Of a DNA stretch of 64,000 nt, positions 8,361-17,003 are shown piece after piece (position 1 is the stretch's first letter; every line of letters starts with the position of its first letter). A model generated the notes under the pieces. That model saw only the letters and a list, made by a program, of their open reading frames with translations, was not told the origin of the DNA and did no database searches. Source of the stretch: Pseudolabrys sp. (lineage in GTDB: Bacteria > Pseudomonadota > Alphaproteobacteria > Rhizobiales > Xanthobacteraceae); assembly GCA_029255525.1 (NCBI GenBank), contig JANLJK010000200.1:67-64066 (forward strand). Reading direction: 5' to 3'. The translations under genes and the position numbers were made by a program.

Positions 8361-9119
8361 TTAGAAATCATTACGCCGGCGGATCAACACCGCGCCGGGC
8401 ACCAGCTCGCGCGTACGTTGGTTACGCAACGCGAGTTGCAGATTGCGATGGGCAAGCCGCGCATGTTCGCGCATCAGCGCTTCGGCGCGACCGCCTTCGC
8501 GATCCTCAATAGCGCGCACGACGCAACGGTGATGCTCCTGCGCGATGGTGAGGATGTACTGCGCTTCGGGCAGCATCGCCTGCACCTTGACGAAGCCGCT
8601 CTCGGACGCAAACGGCAGACTGACCACGCGATCGATCTGGCGCGCCAGCGCTGGGCTGTCGGCGGCGACAACCAGAAGCGTGTGGAATTCGCGGTTGAAG
8701 CCGACATACTCTGAAAAATCGTCGATCGTCAGCTTCGGCCGCACGACCAGTTCATCGAGTTTTTCGAGGCAAGCCTTGAGATCGGCAAGACGCGAAGCGC
8801 TGACGCCCCGCTCGGCAGCAAAGCGCGCGGCAAGACCTTCAAGTGTGCCGCGCACTTCAATGGCATCGTGAATGTCGGCTTCGGAGAATGCCTTTACGGC
8901 GAAACCGCCGGAAGGAATGCCTTCGAGCAGCCCCTCCTCTTCCAGACGCACCAGCGCCATACGGATCGGTGTCCGCGAAATGCCGAGCCGCTCAACGACC
9001 GACAGTTCGGAAATACGGTCGCCGGGCTTGAGTTCGCCGGACAGGATGAGATCGCGCAACGCCAGTTGCGCCTTCACCGTCTGCGACGACGAGACATTCT
9101 CCAGGGACGTCGCCGCCAT
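8361..9119 (-). CDS. vanR: GntR family (FCD) regulator, VanR-like
   Basis: ILSGELKPGDRISE...LGISRTPIR wHTH and FCD domain (NREFH, EHH, MREH); between vanA and vanB. Confidence 0.85.
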   Translation of the reverse strand: MAATSLENVSSSQTVKAQLALRDLILSGELKPGDRISELSVVERLGISRTPIRMALVRLEEEGLLEGIPSGGFAVKAFSEADIHDAIEVRGTLEGLAARFAAERGVSASRLADLKACLEKLDELVVRPKLTIDDFSEYVGFNREFHTLLVVAADSPALARQIDRVVSLPFASESGFVKVQAMLPEAQYILTIAQEHHRCVVRAIEDREGGRAEALMREHARLAHRNLQLALRNQRTRELVPGAVLIRRRNDF

Positions 9120-9124
9120 CGCCG

Positions 9125-10177
9125 CTACTCGGCCGCTTCGAGAATGGGCCGGCGCTCCTCCGCCGCAATCATGCGGTCGATCAGGCGGCGCGCCCACATC
9201 GCCCCGGCGTCGATGTTCAGGTTGTAAAAGACATGGCCGGGATTTTCGTCGATGGCGATCTGCTGCGCCTCGAGGATGGTTTCGTCCTCGCGGAAAATGC
9301 GGGAGACGCCCTCACGCAGTTCCGTGGTGCGGCGCTGGTCGTTGCGTTTGTGATTGCGCACGAACGCCCAGTGATAGTGACAAGTACGGTCGGTCTCCGG
9401 CGTGATTGTATTGAGCACAAAGCCATTGACGCCTTGCGAGCGATCCCCCTCCGGCGCGCCGGTGCCGGCTGGCGCAACGCCGACATCGATGGCGATGGTA
9501 CACGGCGCCTCGAAATTGATGATCTGCCAGCGATCGACCTTACCCGGCTTGCCGAGTTGGCCGGCCCAGAAGGGCGGCGGATCGATGTCGCGCATCCAGC
9601 GCGTGATCGTGGCGGTGCGGTCGGTATGCGTCGGCTCGAACGGCGCTTCCGCAACAGCACGGTTGCCGATGCTGGAGCTGTGCACGAAGGTCTCGTGCGT
9701 AAGATCCATCAGGTTGTCGATGACGAGGCGATAGTCGCATTTGACGCGAATGGTCTTGCCGTCGCCTTCCCACTCCGGGTCGTCGTTCCAATGCAGATCC
9801 GGGACCTTGGTGGGGTCGGCCAGCGCGGGATCGCCCGGCCAGACCCAGACAAAGCGATGCTTCTCAACGACCGGGAAGGTGCGTACGCAGGCCGACGGGT
9901 TGATCGTTTCCTGCGACGGCATGTGCGTGCAGCGGCCGTGCGGATCGAAAACGAGACCATGATAGCCGCACACGACCTCATCGCCTTCGAGCCGCCCCAT
10001 CGATAGCGGCAGCAGGCGATGCCAACAGGCGTCTTCCAGCGCGACGGCGCGGCCGTCGGCGCGGCGATAGAACACCATCTTTTTGTTGCAGATGACGCGC
10101 GGCAGCAACTCGCGGCGCAATTCGGCATCCCAAGTGGCGGCGTACCACGCATTGAGCGGGAAGGTGCGGTTCGGCAT
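9125..10177 (-). CDS. vanA: Vanillate O-demethylase Rieske oxygenase subunit
   Basis: FPLNAWY, Rieske CWH...CGYH, mononuclear Fe DNLMDLTHETFVH, NLNIDAG. Confidence 0.92.
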   Translation of the reverse strand: MPNRTFPLNAWYAATWDAELRRELLPRVICNKKMVFYRRADGRAVALEDACWHRLLPLSMGRLEGDEVVCGYHGLVFDPHGRCTHMPSQETINPSACVRTFPVVEKHRFVWVWPGDPALADPTKVPDLHWNDDPEWEGDGKTIRVKCDYRLVIDNLMDLTHETFVHSSSIGNRAVAEAPFEPTHTDRTATITRWMRDIDPPPFWAGQLGKPGKVDRWQIINFEAPCTIAIDVGVAPAGTGAPEGDRSQGVNGFVLNTITPETDRTCHYHWAFVRNHKRNDQRRTTELREGVSRIFREDETILEAQQIAIDENPGHVFYNLNIDAGAMWARRLIDRMIAAEERRPILEAAE

Positions 10178-10202
10178 GTTTGTTTCGTCCCTAGAGAATA
10201 CA

Positions 10203-10307
10203 ATCTGTATACAATATTATGCATCGCCCCGGCAATTGGATTATTTCTGCGGTAAAAACTCCGTTTTTAGCAATTCTGCATGCCATTCGCGTCAATATGG
10301 TATACAT
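10203..10307. promoter_or_regulatory. Two GntR-type GTATAC-centred palindromes upstream of vanA (candidate VanR operators)
   Basis: TGTATACA at 10206-10213 and GGTATACA at 10299-10306. Confidence 0.55.
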
Positions 10308-10358
10308 AAATTCCCCGGCGTGTGGGCCAGCGGGCAGCCGATATCGCGGGGCGGCAAC

Positions 10359-10388
10359 AAAAAACCCCGGCGCGCGCACCGGGGTTTT
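10359..10388 (-). terminator. Intrinsic terminator after pcaG (bidirectional shape)
   Basis: AAAACCCCGG-8 nt-CCGGGGTTTT, followed by a T-tract on the minus strand. Confidence 0.8.
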
Positions 10389-10429
10389 CCGCTTTGGGGG
10401 CTTCTCCGCTTTGTTTGCGGAGTCGCCGA

Positions 10430-11044
10430 TCAGATGTCGAAGAACACCGTCTCGTTGTCGCCCTGCACACGGATATTGAAGCGATAGACGACCGTGTCGC
10501 CCTGCACTTCCTTCTTCGCAATCAGAGTGTCGCGGCGATCCGCCGGCACCAACGACAGAATCTGATCGGTCGCATTGGCCGCCTCGTCCGCGAAGTACAG
10601 GCGGGTGTATACCTGCCGCAGCATGCCGCGCGAGTAGATGCAGAACCCGATATGCGGCGCCTGCGGCTTGCCGTTCGGGCCGGGCACCGAACCGGGCTTG
10701 ATGGTCGAGAAGCCGAATTCGCCATTCGGATTAACGGCAGAGCGGCCGAAACCCTTGAACTGCGTATTGGGTCTACGACTGTCGTAGGGGCTCGCGTAAC
10801 GCCCCTGCGCATCCGCCTGCCAGATTTCCAGCATCGCGTCGTTGATCGGCTTGCCATCGCCATCGACGATCTGACCTTCGATACGGATCTTCTCGCCGGT
10901 AGCGTCAGGCGTGATCAGATTGTCGCCGATCGTTTCCTTCCAGCTATAGGTGCCGTCAGGATCCCACTTGAGCCGACCCTTGGGGGTGAGGCCGTATGCG
11001 AAGTATGGGCCGACGGTCTGCGAGGGGGTAATGATTTCAGACAT
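10430..11044 (-). CDS. pcaG: Protocatechuate 3,4-dioxygenase alpha subunit
   Basis: TPSQTVGPY, EIWQADAQGRY, TIKPG, APHI, ETVFFDI. Confidence 0.95.
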   Translation of the reverse strand: MSEIITPSQTVGPYFAYGLTPKGRLKWDPDGTYSWKETIGDNLITPDATGEKIRIEGQIVDGDGKPINDAMLEIWQADAQGRYASPYDSRRPNTQFKGFGRSAVNPNGEFGFSTIKPGSVPGPNGKPQAPHIGFCIYSRGMLRQVYTRLYFADEAANATDQILSLVPADRRDTLIAKKEVQGDTVVYRFNIRVQGDNETVFFDI

Positions 11045-11059
11045 AAGGGCGTGTCCGTC

Positions 11060-11767
11060 TCAGTGCTTGTCGGTGTCGAGCGGGGTCGCTTCGCGGCCGC
11101 GCAACACGATGTCGAAGCGGAAGGCGAGCGCCCAGTCGGGAATAGTGTTGTCCAGATCGAAGCTGGAGACCATGCGCAGGCGCGCCTGCTCGTCCGGCAC
11201 CGAATTGAAGATCGGATCGAACGGGAACAGGTAATCGCCTGGGAAATACATCTGAGTGATCAGGCGCGACAGGAACGAGTGGCCGAACACCGAGAAGTGG
11301 ATGTGGTTCGGCCGCCAGGCGTTGTGGTGATTGCCCCACGGATAAGCGCCCGGCTTGATGGTGATGAACTTGTAGTAGCCGTTTTTGTCGGTGACGGTGC
11401 GACCGCCACCGGTGAAGTTCGGATCGAGCGGCGCCGGATGCTGGTCGACGAGGTGCACGTAGCGGCCGCAGGCATTGGCCTGCCAGATCTCGACCAACGT
11501 ATCCGGGATCGGGCGTTTGTCCTCGTCGTACACGTGACCGTGCACGATGATGCGCTCGCCGAGCGGCTCGCCCTTGCCCTGCTTGGTGAGGTCGTTGTCG
11601 CCTTCCTGGATCACATCATGGCCATAGACCGGCCCGGTGAGCTCGGACAGCGTATGCGGCATCAGGATCAGCGGCTTCGACGGCGAGCGTTTGACCGTGC
11701 TTTTGTATTCCGGAGAGAGGTGCTTGGGATAAGCACTCAGGCTCTCCCGGGGGTAAATGAGCGACAT
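11060..11767 (-). CDS. pcaH: Protocatechuate 3,4-dioxygenase beta subunit
   Basis: ELTGP, GERIIVHG, WQANACGRY, PGAYPW...WRPNHIH Fe ligands. Confidence 0.95.
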   Translation of the reverse strand: MSLIYPRESLSAYPKHLSPEYKSTVKRSPSKPLILMPHTLSELTGPVYGHDVIQEGDNDLTKQGKGEPLGERIIVHGHVYDEDKRPIPDTLVEIWQANACGRYVHLVDQHPAPLDPNFTGGGRTVTDKNGYYKFITIKPGAYPWGNHHNAWRPNHIHFSVFGHSFLSRLITQMYFPGDYLFPFDPIFNSVPDEQARLRMVSSFDLDNTIPDWALAFRFDIVLRGREATPLDTDKH

Positions 11768-11802
11768 TCTTGTTGTCCTTCGTTGCCCGTTTTCGTTTGC
11801 CT

Positions 11803-13008
11803 TTACGACAGGCGTTCCAAGGCGAGCGACGCGCCCTGGCCCACGCCCACACACATGGTGGCGATCGCACGTTTGCCGCCACGCTCTTCCAGGCCATGCG
11901 TCGCCGTCAGCACGAGACGCGCGCCCGACATGCCGAGCGGATGGCCGAGCGCGATGGCGCCGCCATGCGGATTAACGTGCTCAGCATCATCCGACAGACC
12001 GAGTTGACGCATCACGGCCAGCGACTGCGAGGCGAAGGCCTCGTTCAGCTCGATGAGATCGTAGTCGCCGATCTTATGACCAAGCCGCGCCAGCAGCTTC
12101 TGCGTCGACGGCACCGGGCCGATGCCCATGATGCGCGGCGGCACCGCCCCCGAGGCCATGCCGAGGATACGCGCGCGCGGCGTCAGGCCATGGGCCTTCA
12201 CCGCCTCTTCCGACGCGACGATGAGCGCGGCCGCGCCGTCATTGACGCCCGACGCGTTGCCGGCTGTGACTGTGCCAGGATTGCGGAACGGCGTCTTCAG
12301 CTTGGCGAGTTGATCCATCGTCGTCTCGCGCGGGTGCTCGTCCTTGTCGACCGTCACCACCTCGCCCTTACGGCCGGCGATCTCGACCGGGACGATCTCC
12401 TTGGCGAAGTAGCCGGCGGCGATCGCTTTGGCGGCGCGCTGCTGCGAGCGGAACGCGAAGGCGTCCTGATCGGCGCGGGTGACCTGGAATTCCTCGGCAA
12501 CGTTCTCGCCGGTCTCCGGCATCGAGTCGACGCCGTACTGCGCCTTCATCAGCGGATTGATGAAACGCCAGCCGATGGTGGTGTCGAATATCTCGGCCGA
12601 GCGCGAGAAGGCTTCCGTCGCCTTGCCCTGCACGAAGGGCGCGCGCGTCATCGACTCGACGCCGCCGGCGATGGCGAAGTCCATGTCGCCGGCACGGATG
12701 GCGCGGGCGGCCGCGCCGACGGCCTCGAGGCCCGAGGCGCAGAGGCGGTTGAGCGTGACACCCGGCACGCTGACCGGCAGACCGGCCAGCAGCACGGCCA
12801 TGCGCGCGACGTTGCGGTTGTCCTCACCGGCCTGGTTGGCGCAGCCATAGAAGACCTCGTCGAGCTTCGACCAGTCGACCTTCGGGTTGCGGGCCATCAA
12901 AGCCTTGATCGGAATGGCAGCAAGGTCGTCGGTGCGCACCTTGGCAAGCGACCCGGCATAACGGCCAATCGGGGTGCGAACGGCGTCGCAAATGAACACG
13001 TCACGCAT
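11803..13008 (-). CDS. pcaF: 3-oxoadipyl-CoA thiolase
   Basis: GCANQAGEDNRNVARM, NRLCASG, NEAFA, GHPLG, CVGVGQG. Confidence 0.93.
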   Translation of the reverse strand: MRDVFICDAVRTPIGRYAGSLAKVRTDDLAAIPIKALMARNPKVDWSKLDEVFYGCANQAGEDNRNVARMAVLLAGLPVSVPGVTLNRLCASGLEAVGAAARAIRAGDMDFAIAGGVESMTRAPFVQGKATEAFSRSAEIFDTTIGWRFINPLMKAQYGVDSMPETGENVAEEFQVTRADQDAFAFRSQQRAAKAIAAGYFAKEIVPVEIAGRKGEVVTVDKDEHPRETTMDQLAKLKTPFRNPGTVTAGNASGVNDGAAALIVASEEAVKAHGLTPRARILGMASGAVPPRIMGIGPVPSTQKLLARLGHKIGDYDLIELNEAFASQSLAVMRQLGLSDDAEHVNPHGGAIALGHPLGMSGARLVLTATHGLEERGGKRAIATMCVGVGQGASLALERLS

Positions 13009-13036
13009 CTGTCTTTCTTCCTTCCTTACCTTTGCC

Positions 13037-13083
13037 CGTCAGCCTGAGGTGGCTTCGCGCCGCGAAGCCCTCGAAGGATGACG
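13037..13083. repeat. Short REP-like palindrome upstream of pcaF
   Basis: CGTCAGCCTGAG-GGCTTCGCG/CGCGAAGCC-CTCGAAGGATGACG. Confidence 0.7.
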
Positions 13084-13277
13084 ATCAGAGTCATATAAGT
13101 TCCTTACAGCCGGTACGCAGCCGCACGCGCCTTATTTGTGCGTGCATACAAGTCGCGCAGCGCTCCGGCTCAGTCGCGGTGGGCGCGGGAGTTCTTCCCA
13201 GTTTCGGCCCCGTATTTACGGCCCGTCCCTGACAGGGTCAAATGCCGGGAAGGCCGCGCCACCCGCAGGTCTCAGGC

Positions 13278-14012
13278 TCATTTCGACGCTGGCTGGAATT
13301 CCAGACCATCGCCAACCTGCTCCATCGTCAGCAACCGCCGCGGGGGCAGCGTCACCCAGGTCACCTTGCTGTTATCGGTCGAGATATTCCCGGCGCTGCG
13401 CTTCATACGGCGCGTCACATAATTGATGCTTACCTCGTTGATTGTGCCTTTGAAGCGCTCGACATTGACCCTGTCATAGCCGATGAGCTCGAAATGGCCG
13501 TTTCGGAACCGGAATGTATAGGCCATGTGCCCCATGTCACCGCCGAAATAGCCGAGCGTCACCACCAGCGCGCCGCGCTTGATGTCGACCCCTCCGGCCT
13601 GGACGCCGTCCGGATCGAGAGGGTCTTGAAAGGACGGCTCCGTCGTCCGCGCGACAAATGTGTGATTTTCGAGGGCGAGATTGTAACCGCCCGCGGCATC
13701 GGCGAAGGCCACCGCAAGAATGCGCGGATTGGTATCGTAGCGCTCAGGCCCGCCGCGGCCGCGGGCGTCGATCACATTGCGCGGATTGTCGTCGCGGAGA
13801 ACCAGGGCCGCATCGTCCCGCCCGTCGCCATTCAGATCGCCGGATACTTTGCTTTCAAGCTTCCAGCCCGCAGGCACAAAGGCCTCGACGGAAGGCGCGC
13901 GCGGCGCAAGCTTCGGATAAGTCACCGGCGGGACAATCAGATCTCCGTTTTCGGCGGCCACTGGGCCGGCAACGCAGAACAACAAGAAGACCGTGGCGAC
14001 CGCGACGCGCAT
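13278..14012 (-). CDS. Exported hypothetical protein with a DxNGDG (FG-GAP-like) Ca-binding motif
   Basis: Signal peptide ending AVA/AAE; GDLNGDGRDD; YTFRF...FELIGYD. Confidence 0.7.
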   Translation of the reverse strand: MRVAVATVFLLFCVAGPVAAENGDLIVPPVTYPKLAPRAPSVEAFVPAGWKLESKVSGDLNGDGRDDAALVLRDDNPRNVIDARGRGGPERYDTNPRILAVAFADAAGGYNLALENHTFVARTTEPSFQDPLDPDGVQAGGVDIKRGALVVTLGYFGGDMGHMAYTFRFRNGHFELIGYDRVNVERFKGTINEVSINYVTRRMKRSAGNISTDNSKVTWVTLPPRRLLTMEQVGDGLEFQPASK

Positions 14013-14163
14013 TCGTTCTCCACTAGAGGGCAGCTCAGGACTTTCCGGCGCTATCTATTTGCGCCGTGAAGAATTTTCGCGCTTAAGCGCCGTATTTACG
14101 ACTGCCCATGAACTGGGTCAAATAGCGGCCCCAGTTGATTGGGGCTCCAACCAACGGACCGCC

Positions 14164-14616
14164 ATGCTCAGCGCGCAACCCATTTTCACGATCCGCTGCG
14201 AACTCGAAGCCATCCTGAACCTCGGCCAGACGCCGCTTGGGGAGCGGCGGATCATCAATATCCTCGGCGGGCCGGTGGACGGGCCGAAGCTGCAGGGCCG
14301 GGTCCTGCCCGGCGGGGCCGACTGGCAGATCATCCGCGCTGACGGCGCCGCCGACATCCAGGCTCGCTACACCATCGAGACTGACGCCGGGGCCCGTATC
14401 CTGGTCTCGAGCGAAGGGCTGCGGCACGGCCCGCCCGAGGTGATCGCGCAACTGGCGCGCGGCGAGAATGTCGATCCGGCGCTGTATTATTTTCGCACCC
14501 TCATGCGGTTCGAGACCGCCGATCCGGCAGTCGACTGGATGAACCGCATCCTGGCCATCGCGGTGGGCCAGCGCGAGCCGCAGGCGGTGCGCCTCGACGT
14601 CTACGAAGTCCTCTAG
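14164..14616 (+). CDS. DUF3237 family protein
   Basis: GERRII.I.GG, GRVLPGGADWQ, ARY..ETD.G, YYFRT..RFET. Confidence 0.85.
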   Translation: MLSAQPIFTIRCELEAILNLGQTPLGERRIINILGGPVDGPKLQGRVLPGGADWQIIRADGAADIQARYTIETDAGARILVSSEGLRHGPPEVIAQLARGENVDPALYYFRTLMRFETADPAVDWMNRILAIAVGQREPQAVRLDVYEVL

Positions 14617-14664
14617 GTCCCGCAGGGGGACCGGCCCAGGCGGGCTGCCGACGCGGGCCCACCG

Positions 14665-14715
14665 GATTGTTGTCCGAGACAACAATCTTGACGGCCTTTG
14701 TTGTCCCTGACAACA
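14665..14715. promoter_or_regulatory. Tandem operators TGTTGTC-N3-GACAACA flanking a TTGACG -35-like hexamer
   Basis: GATTGTTGTC-CGA-GACAACAATC (14665-14687) and TGTTGTC-CCT-GACAACA (14699-14715). Confidence 0.7.
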
Positions 14716-14777
14716 TTTGCCCCGCGGTCGACAACAAACGCTTCAACGCGCCGCCTTCAGTCCTCGGGAGGGACCCC

Positions 14778-15989
14778 ATGCAGAAACCACTTCAATTTGC
14801 TGCGCTTATGGCCGTGCTGATCGCGGCGCCGGCGCTCGCCGAGCAGAACGGCACGCTTCGCATCGGCGTCATGAACGACATGTCGAGCGTCTATGCCGAC
14901 TTCCAGGGCCCGGGCTCGGTGCTCGCCGCCCAACTGGCGATCGAGGACTACGCCAAGCAATCCAAGCGCAAGGTCGAAGTCACCTCGGCCGACCACCAGA
15001 ACAAACCCGACGTCGGTGCCGGCATTGCCCGGCGCTGGTTCGACGTCGAAGGCGTCGACATGGTCATCGACCTGCCGAACTCGGCGGTCGCCCTCGCGGT
15101 GTCGGACATCGCGCGCGAGAAGAACAAGGTCGTGATCGGCTCGGGCGCCGGCACCTCGCTGCTCACGGGCGCCAAATGCTCGCCCAATTTCGTACATTGG
15201 ACCTACGATACCTGGTCGTTCGGCCATGGCTCCGCGCGCGGCGTGCTGGCGCAGGGCGGCAAGACCTGGTTCTTCATCACCGCCGATTATGCCTTCGGCC
15301 ACGACCTCGAGAAGCAGGCCAGCGATGAAGTCAACGCCAGCGGCGGCAAGGTGCTCGGTGTGGTGCGCCATCCGCTCGGCACCAACGACTTCTCATCTTA
15401 TCTGCTGCAGGCGCAGGCCTCGAAGGCCGACGTAGTGGCCCTGGCCAATGCCGGCGGCGACACGGTCAACAGCATCAAGCAGGCGGCGGACTTCAAGATC
15501 GGCGACAAGCAGAAGATCGTCGCGCTGATCTTCGACCTGCAGAGCGTGCCGGCGGTCGGCCTGCAGACCGCGCAGGGCCTGACGGCGATCAATGCCTGGT
15601 ACTGGGACCTCAACGACGACACCCGCGCTTTCGCCAAGCGTTTCGCCGCACGGCATCCGAAGAAGATGTATCCCAACCACATGCAGGCCGGCGTCTATTC
15701 GGGCGTGCTGCATTACCTCAAGGCGGTCGACAAGGTCGGTGCGCCCGCCGACGGCAAGGCCGTGGTCGATGCCATGAAGGCGATGCCGACCGACGATCCG
15801 CTGTACGGCAAGGGCACTATCCGCGCCGACGGCCGCAAGATCCACCCGCTCTATCTGCTGCAGGTGAAGTCGCCGGCGGAATCGAAGAGCGAATGGGACG
15901 CCTTCAAGATCTCCGGCACGATCCCGGCCGACAAGGCCTTCCGCCCGCTGGCCGACGGCGGCTGCCCGCTGGTGAAGGCTGCGAACTGA
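14778..15989 (+). CDS. ABC transporter substrate-binding protein (LivJ/HAAT-like, aromatic-binding clade)
   Basis: Signal peptide, IGVMNDMS, ADHQNKPDVG, FITADYAFG; GGAGG SD; no permease or ATPase adjacent. Confidence 0.88.
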   Translation: MQKPLQFAALMAVLIAAPALAEQNGTLRIGVMNDMSSVYADFQGPGSVLAAQLAIEDYAKQSKRKVEVTSADHQNKPDVGAGIARRWFDVEGVDMVIDLPNSAVALAVSDIAREKNKVVIGSGAGTSLLTGAKCSPNFVHWTYDTWSFGHGSARGVLAQGGKTWFFITADYAFGHDLEKQASDEVNASGGKVLGVVRHPLGTNDFSSYLLQAQASKADVVALANAGGDTVNSIKQAADFKIGDKQKIVALIFDLQSVPAVGLQTAQGLTAINAWYWDLNDDTRAFAKRFAARHPKKMYPNHMQAGVYSGVLHYLKAVDKVGAPADGKAVVDAMKAMPTDDPLYGKGTIRADGRKIHPLYLLQVKSPAESKSEWDAFKISGTIPADKAFRPLADGGCPLVKAAN

Positions 15990-16076
15990 CCGCAGTTACT
16001 TAAGGCACTACCCGGCCACATCTTCTCGCCGCAGCCCGGGCCATCCGGGCCGCGGCACCAACTCAGGAGTATTTGA

Positions 16077-16886
16077 GTGAACTCGACGAATTCAGTCGGC
16101 GCCTGGCATGAGGCCCTGCCTGCCTCGCTGCATGCGGAGCAGCAAGGGCCCGTAGCCATCCTGCGGCTGCGGCGCCCACACAAGCGCAACGCGCTCGATG
16201 ACGAGACTGTGTTCGGCATCGAAGCTTTCTTCGGCTCTTTGCCGGCGAGCGTCGCTTCCGTGCTGCTGTGCGGCGAAGGCGAACACTTCTCGGCCGGCCT
16301 CGACCTCAGCGAACTAGAAGAGCGCGACATCCAGCAGGGCATCGCACATTCGCGCTCCTGGCACCGCGCTTTCGAGAAGATTCAGTTCGGGCGGGTGCCG
16401 GTCGTCGCCGCACTGCATGGCGCCGTGGTCGGCGGCGGCCTGGAACTCGCGGCCTCCACGCATGTGCGCGTTGCCGAGCGCTCGACCTATTACGCTCTGC
16501 CGGAAGGCAGCCGCGGTATCTATGTCGGCGGCGGCGGTTCGGTGCGGCTACCGCGCCTCATCGGCGTGGCGCGCATGATGGACATGATGCTGACCGGCCG
16601 CACCTATTCGGCCGAGGAAGGCCAGGCGATCGGGCTAACCACCTATCTGGTCGACGCCGGCAAGGGCTTCGCCAAGGGACTGGAGCTTGCCAACCGCATC
16701 GCACAGAACGCGCCACTGACCAATTTCGCCGTCACGCAGGCGTTGCCACGCATCGCGGAGATGGATCCGGGTAGTGGCTACGCCATGGAAGCACTGATGG
16801 CCTCGATCGCCCAGGCCGATCCGGCCGCGAAAAGCCGGCTCAAGGACTTCCTGCAGAAGCGCGGGCCGAAGGTCACGCACTCCTAA
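16077..16886 (+). CDS. Crotonase/enoyl-CoA hydratase family (hydroxycinnamoyl-CoA hydratase-like)
   Basis: KRNALD, FSAGLDL, GAVVGGGLELA, LPEGSRG; GTG start with AGGAG SD. Confidence 0.88.
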   Translation: MNSTNSVGAWHEALPASLHAEQQGPVAILRLRRPHKRNALDDETVFGIEAFFGSLPASVASVLLCGEGEHFSAGLDLSELEERDIQQGIAHSRSWHRAFEKIQFGRVPVVAALHGAVVGGGLELAASTHVRVAERSTYYALPEGSRGIYVGGGGSVRLPRLIGVARMMDMMLTGRTYSAEEGQAIGLTTYLVDAGKGFAKGLELANRIAQNAPLTNFAVTQALPRIAEMDPGSGYAMEALMASIAQADPAAKSRLKDFLQKRGPKVTHS

Positions 16887-16896
16887 AACGTGATCG

Positions 16897-16923
16897 GACC
16901 GGGGCCACACGGCGGCCCCGGTC
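16897..16923. terminator. GC-rich hairpin after the crotonase gene
   Basis: GACCGGGGCC-7 nt-GGCCCCGGTC; no clear U-tract. Confidence 0.45.
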
Positions 16924-17003
16924 TGGAAATAAGCTTCACTTGAGATGGTATGCGGGACCAAAGTATCGGTGTCGCAGGCAATAATAAAACGAACAGGGAC
17001 GAG

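Noticed and set aside
10322-13047. Plus-strand ORFs 10322-12007 and 11770-13047
   Set aside because: Antisense to pcaG/pcaH/pcaF; no recognisable domain
13095-13107. TAAG-N3-CTTA as a pca operator
   Set aside because: Only 4 bp arms, single copy, no cognate regulator nearby
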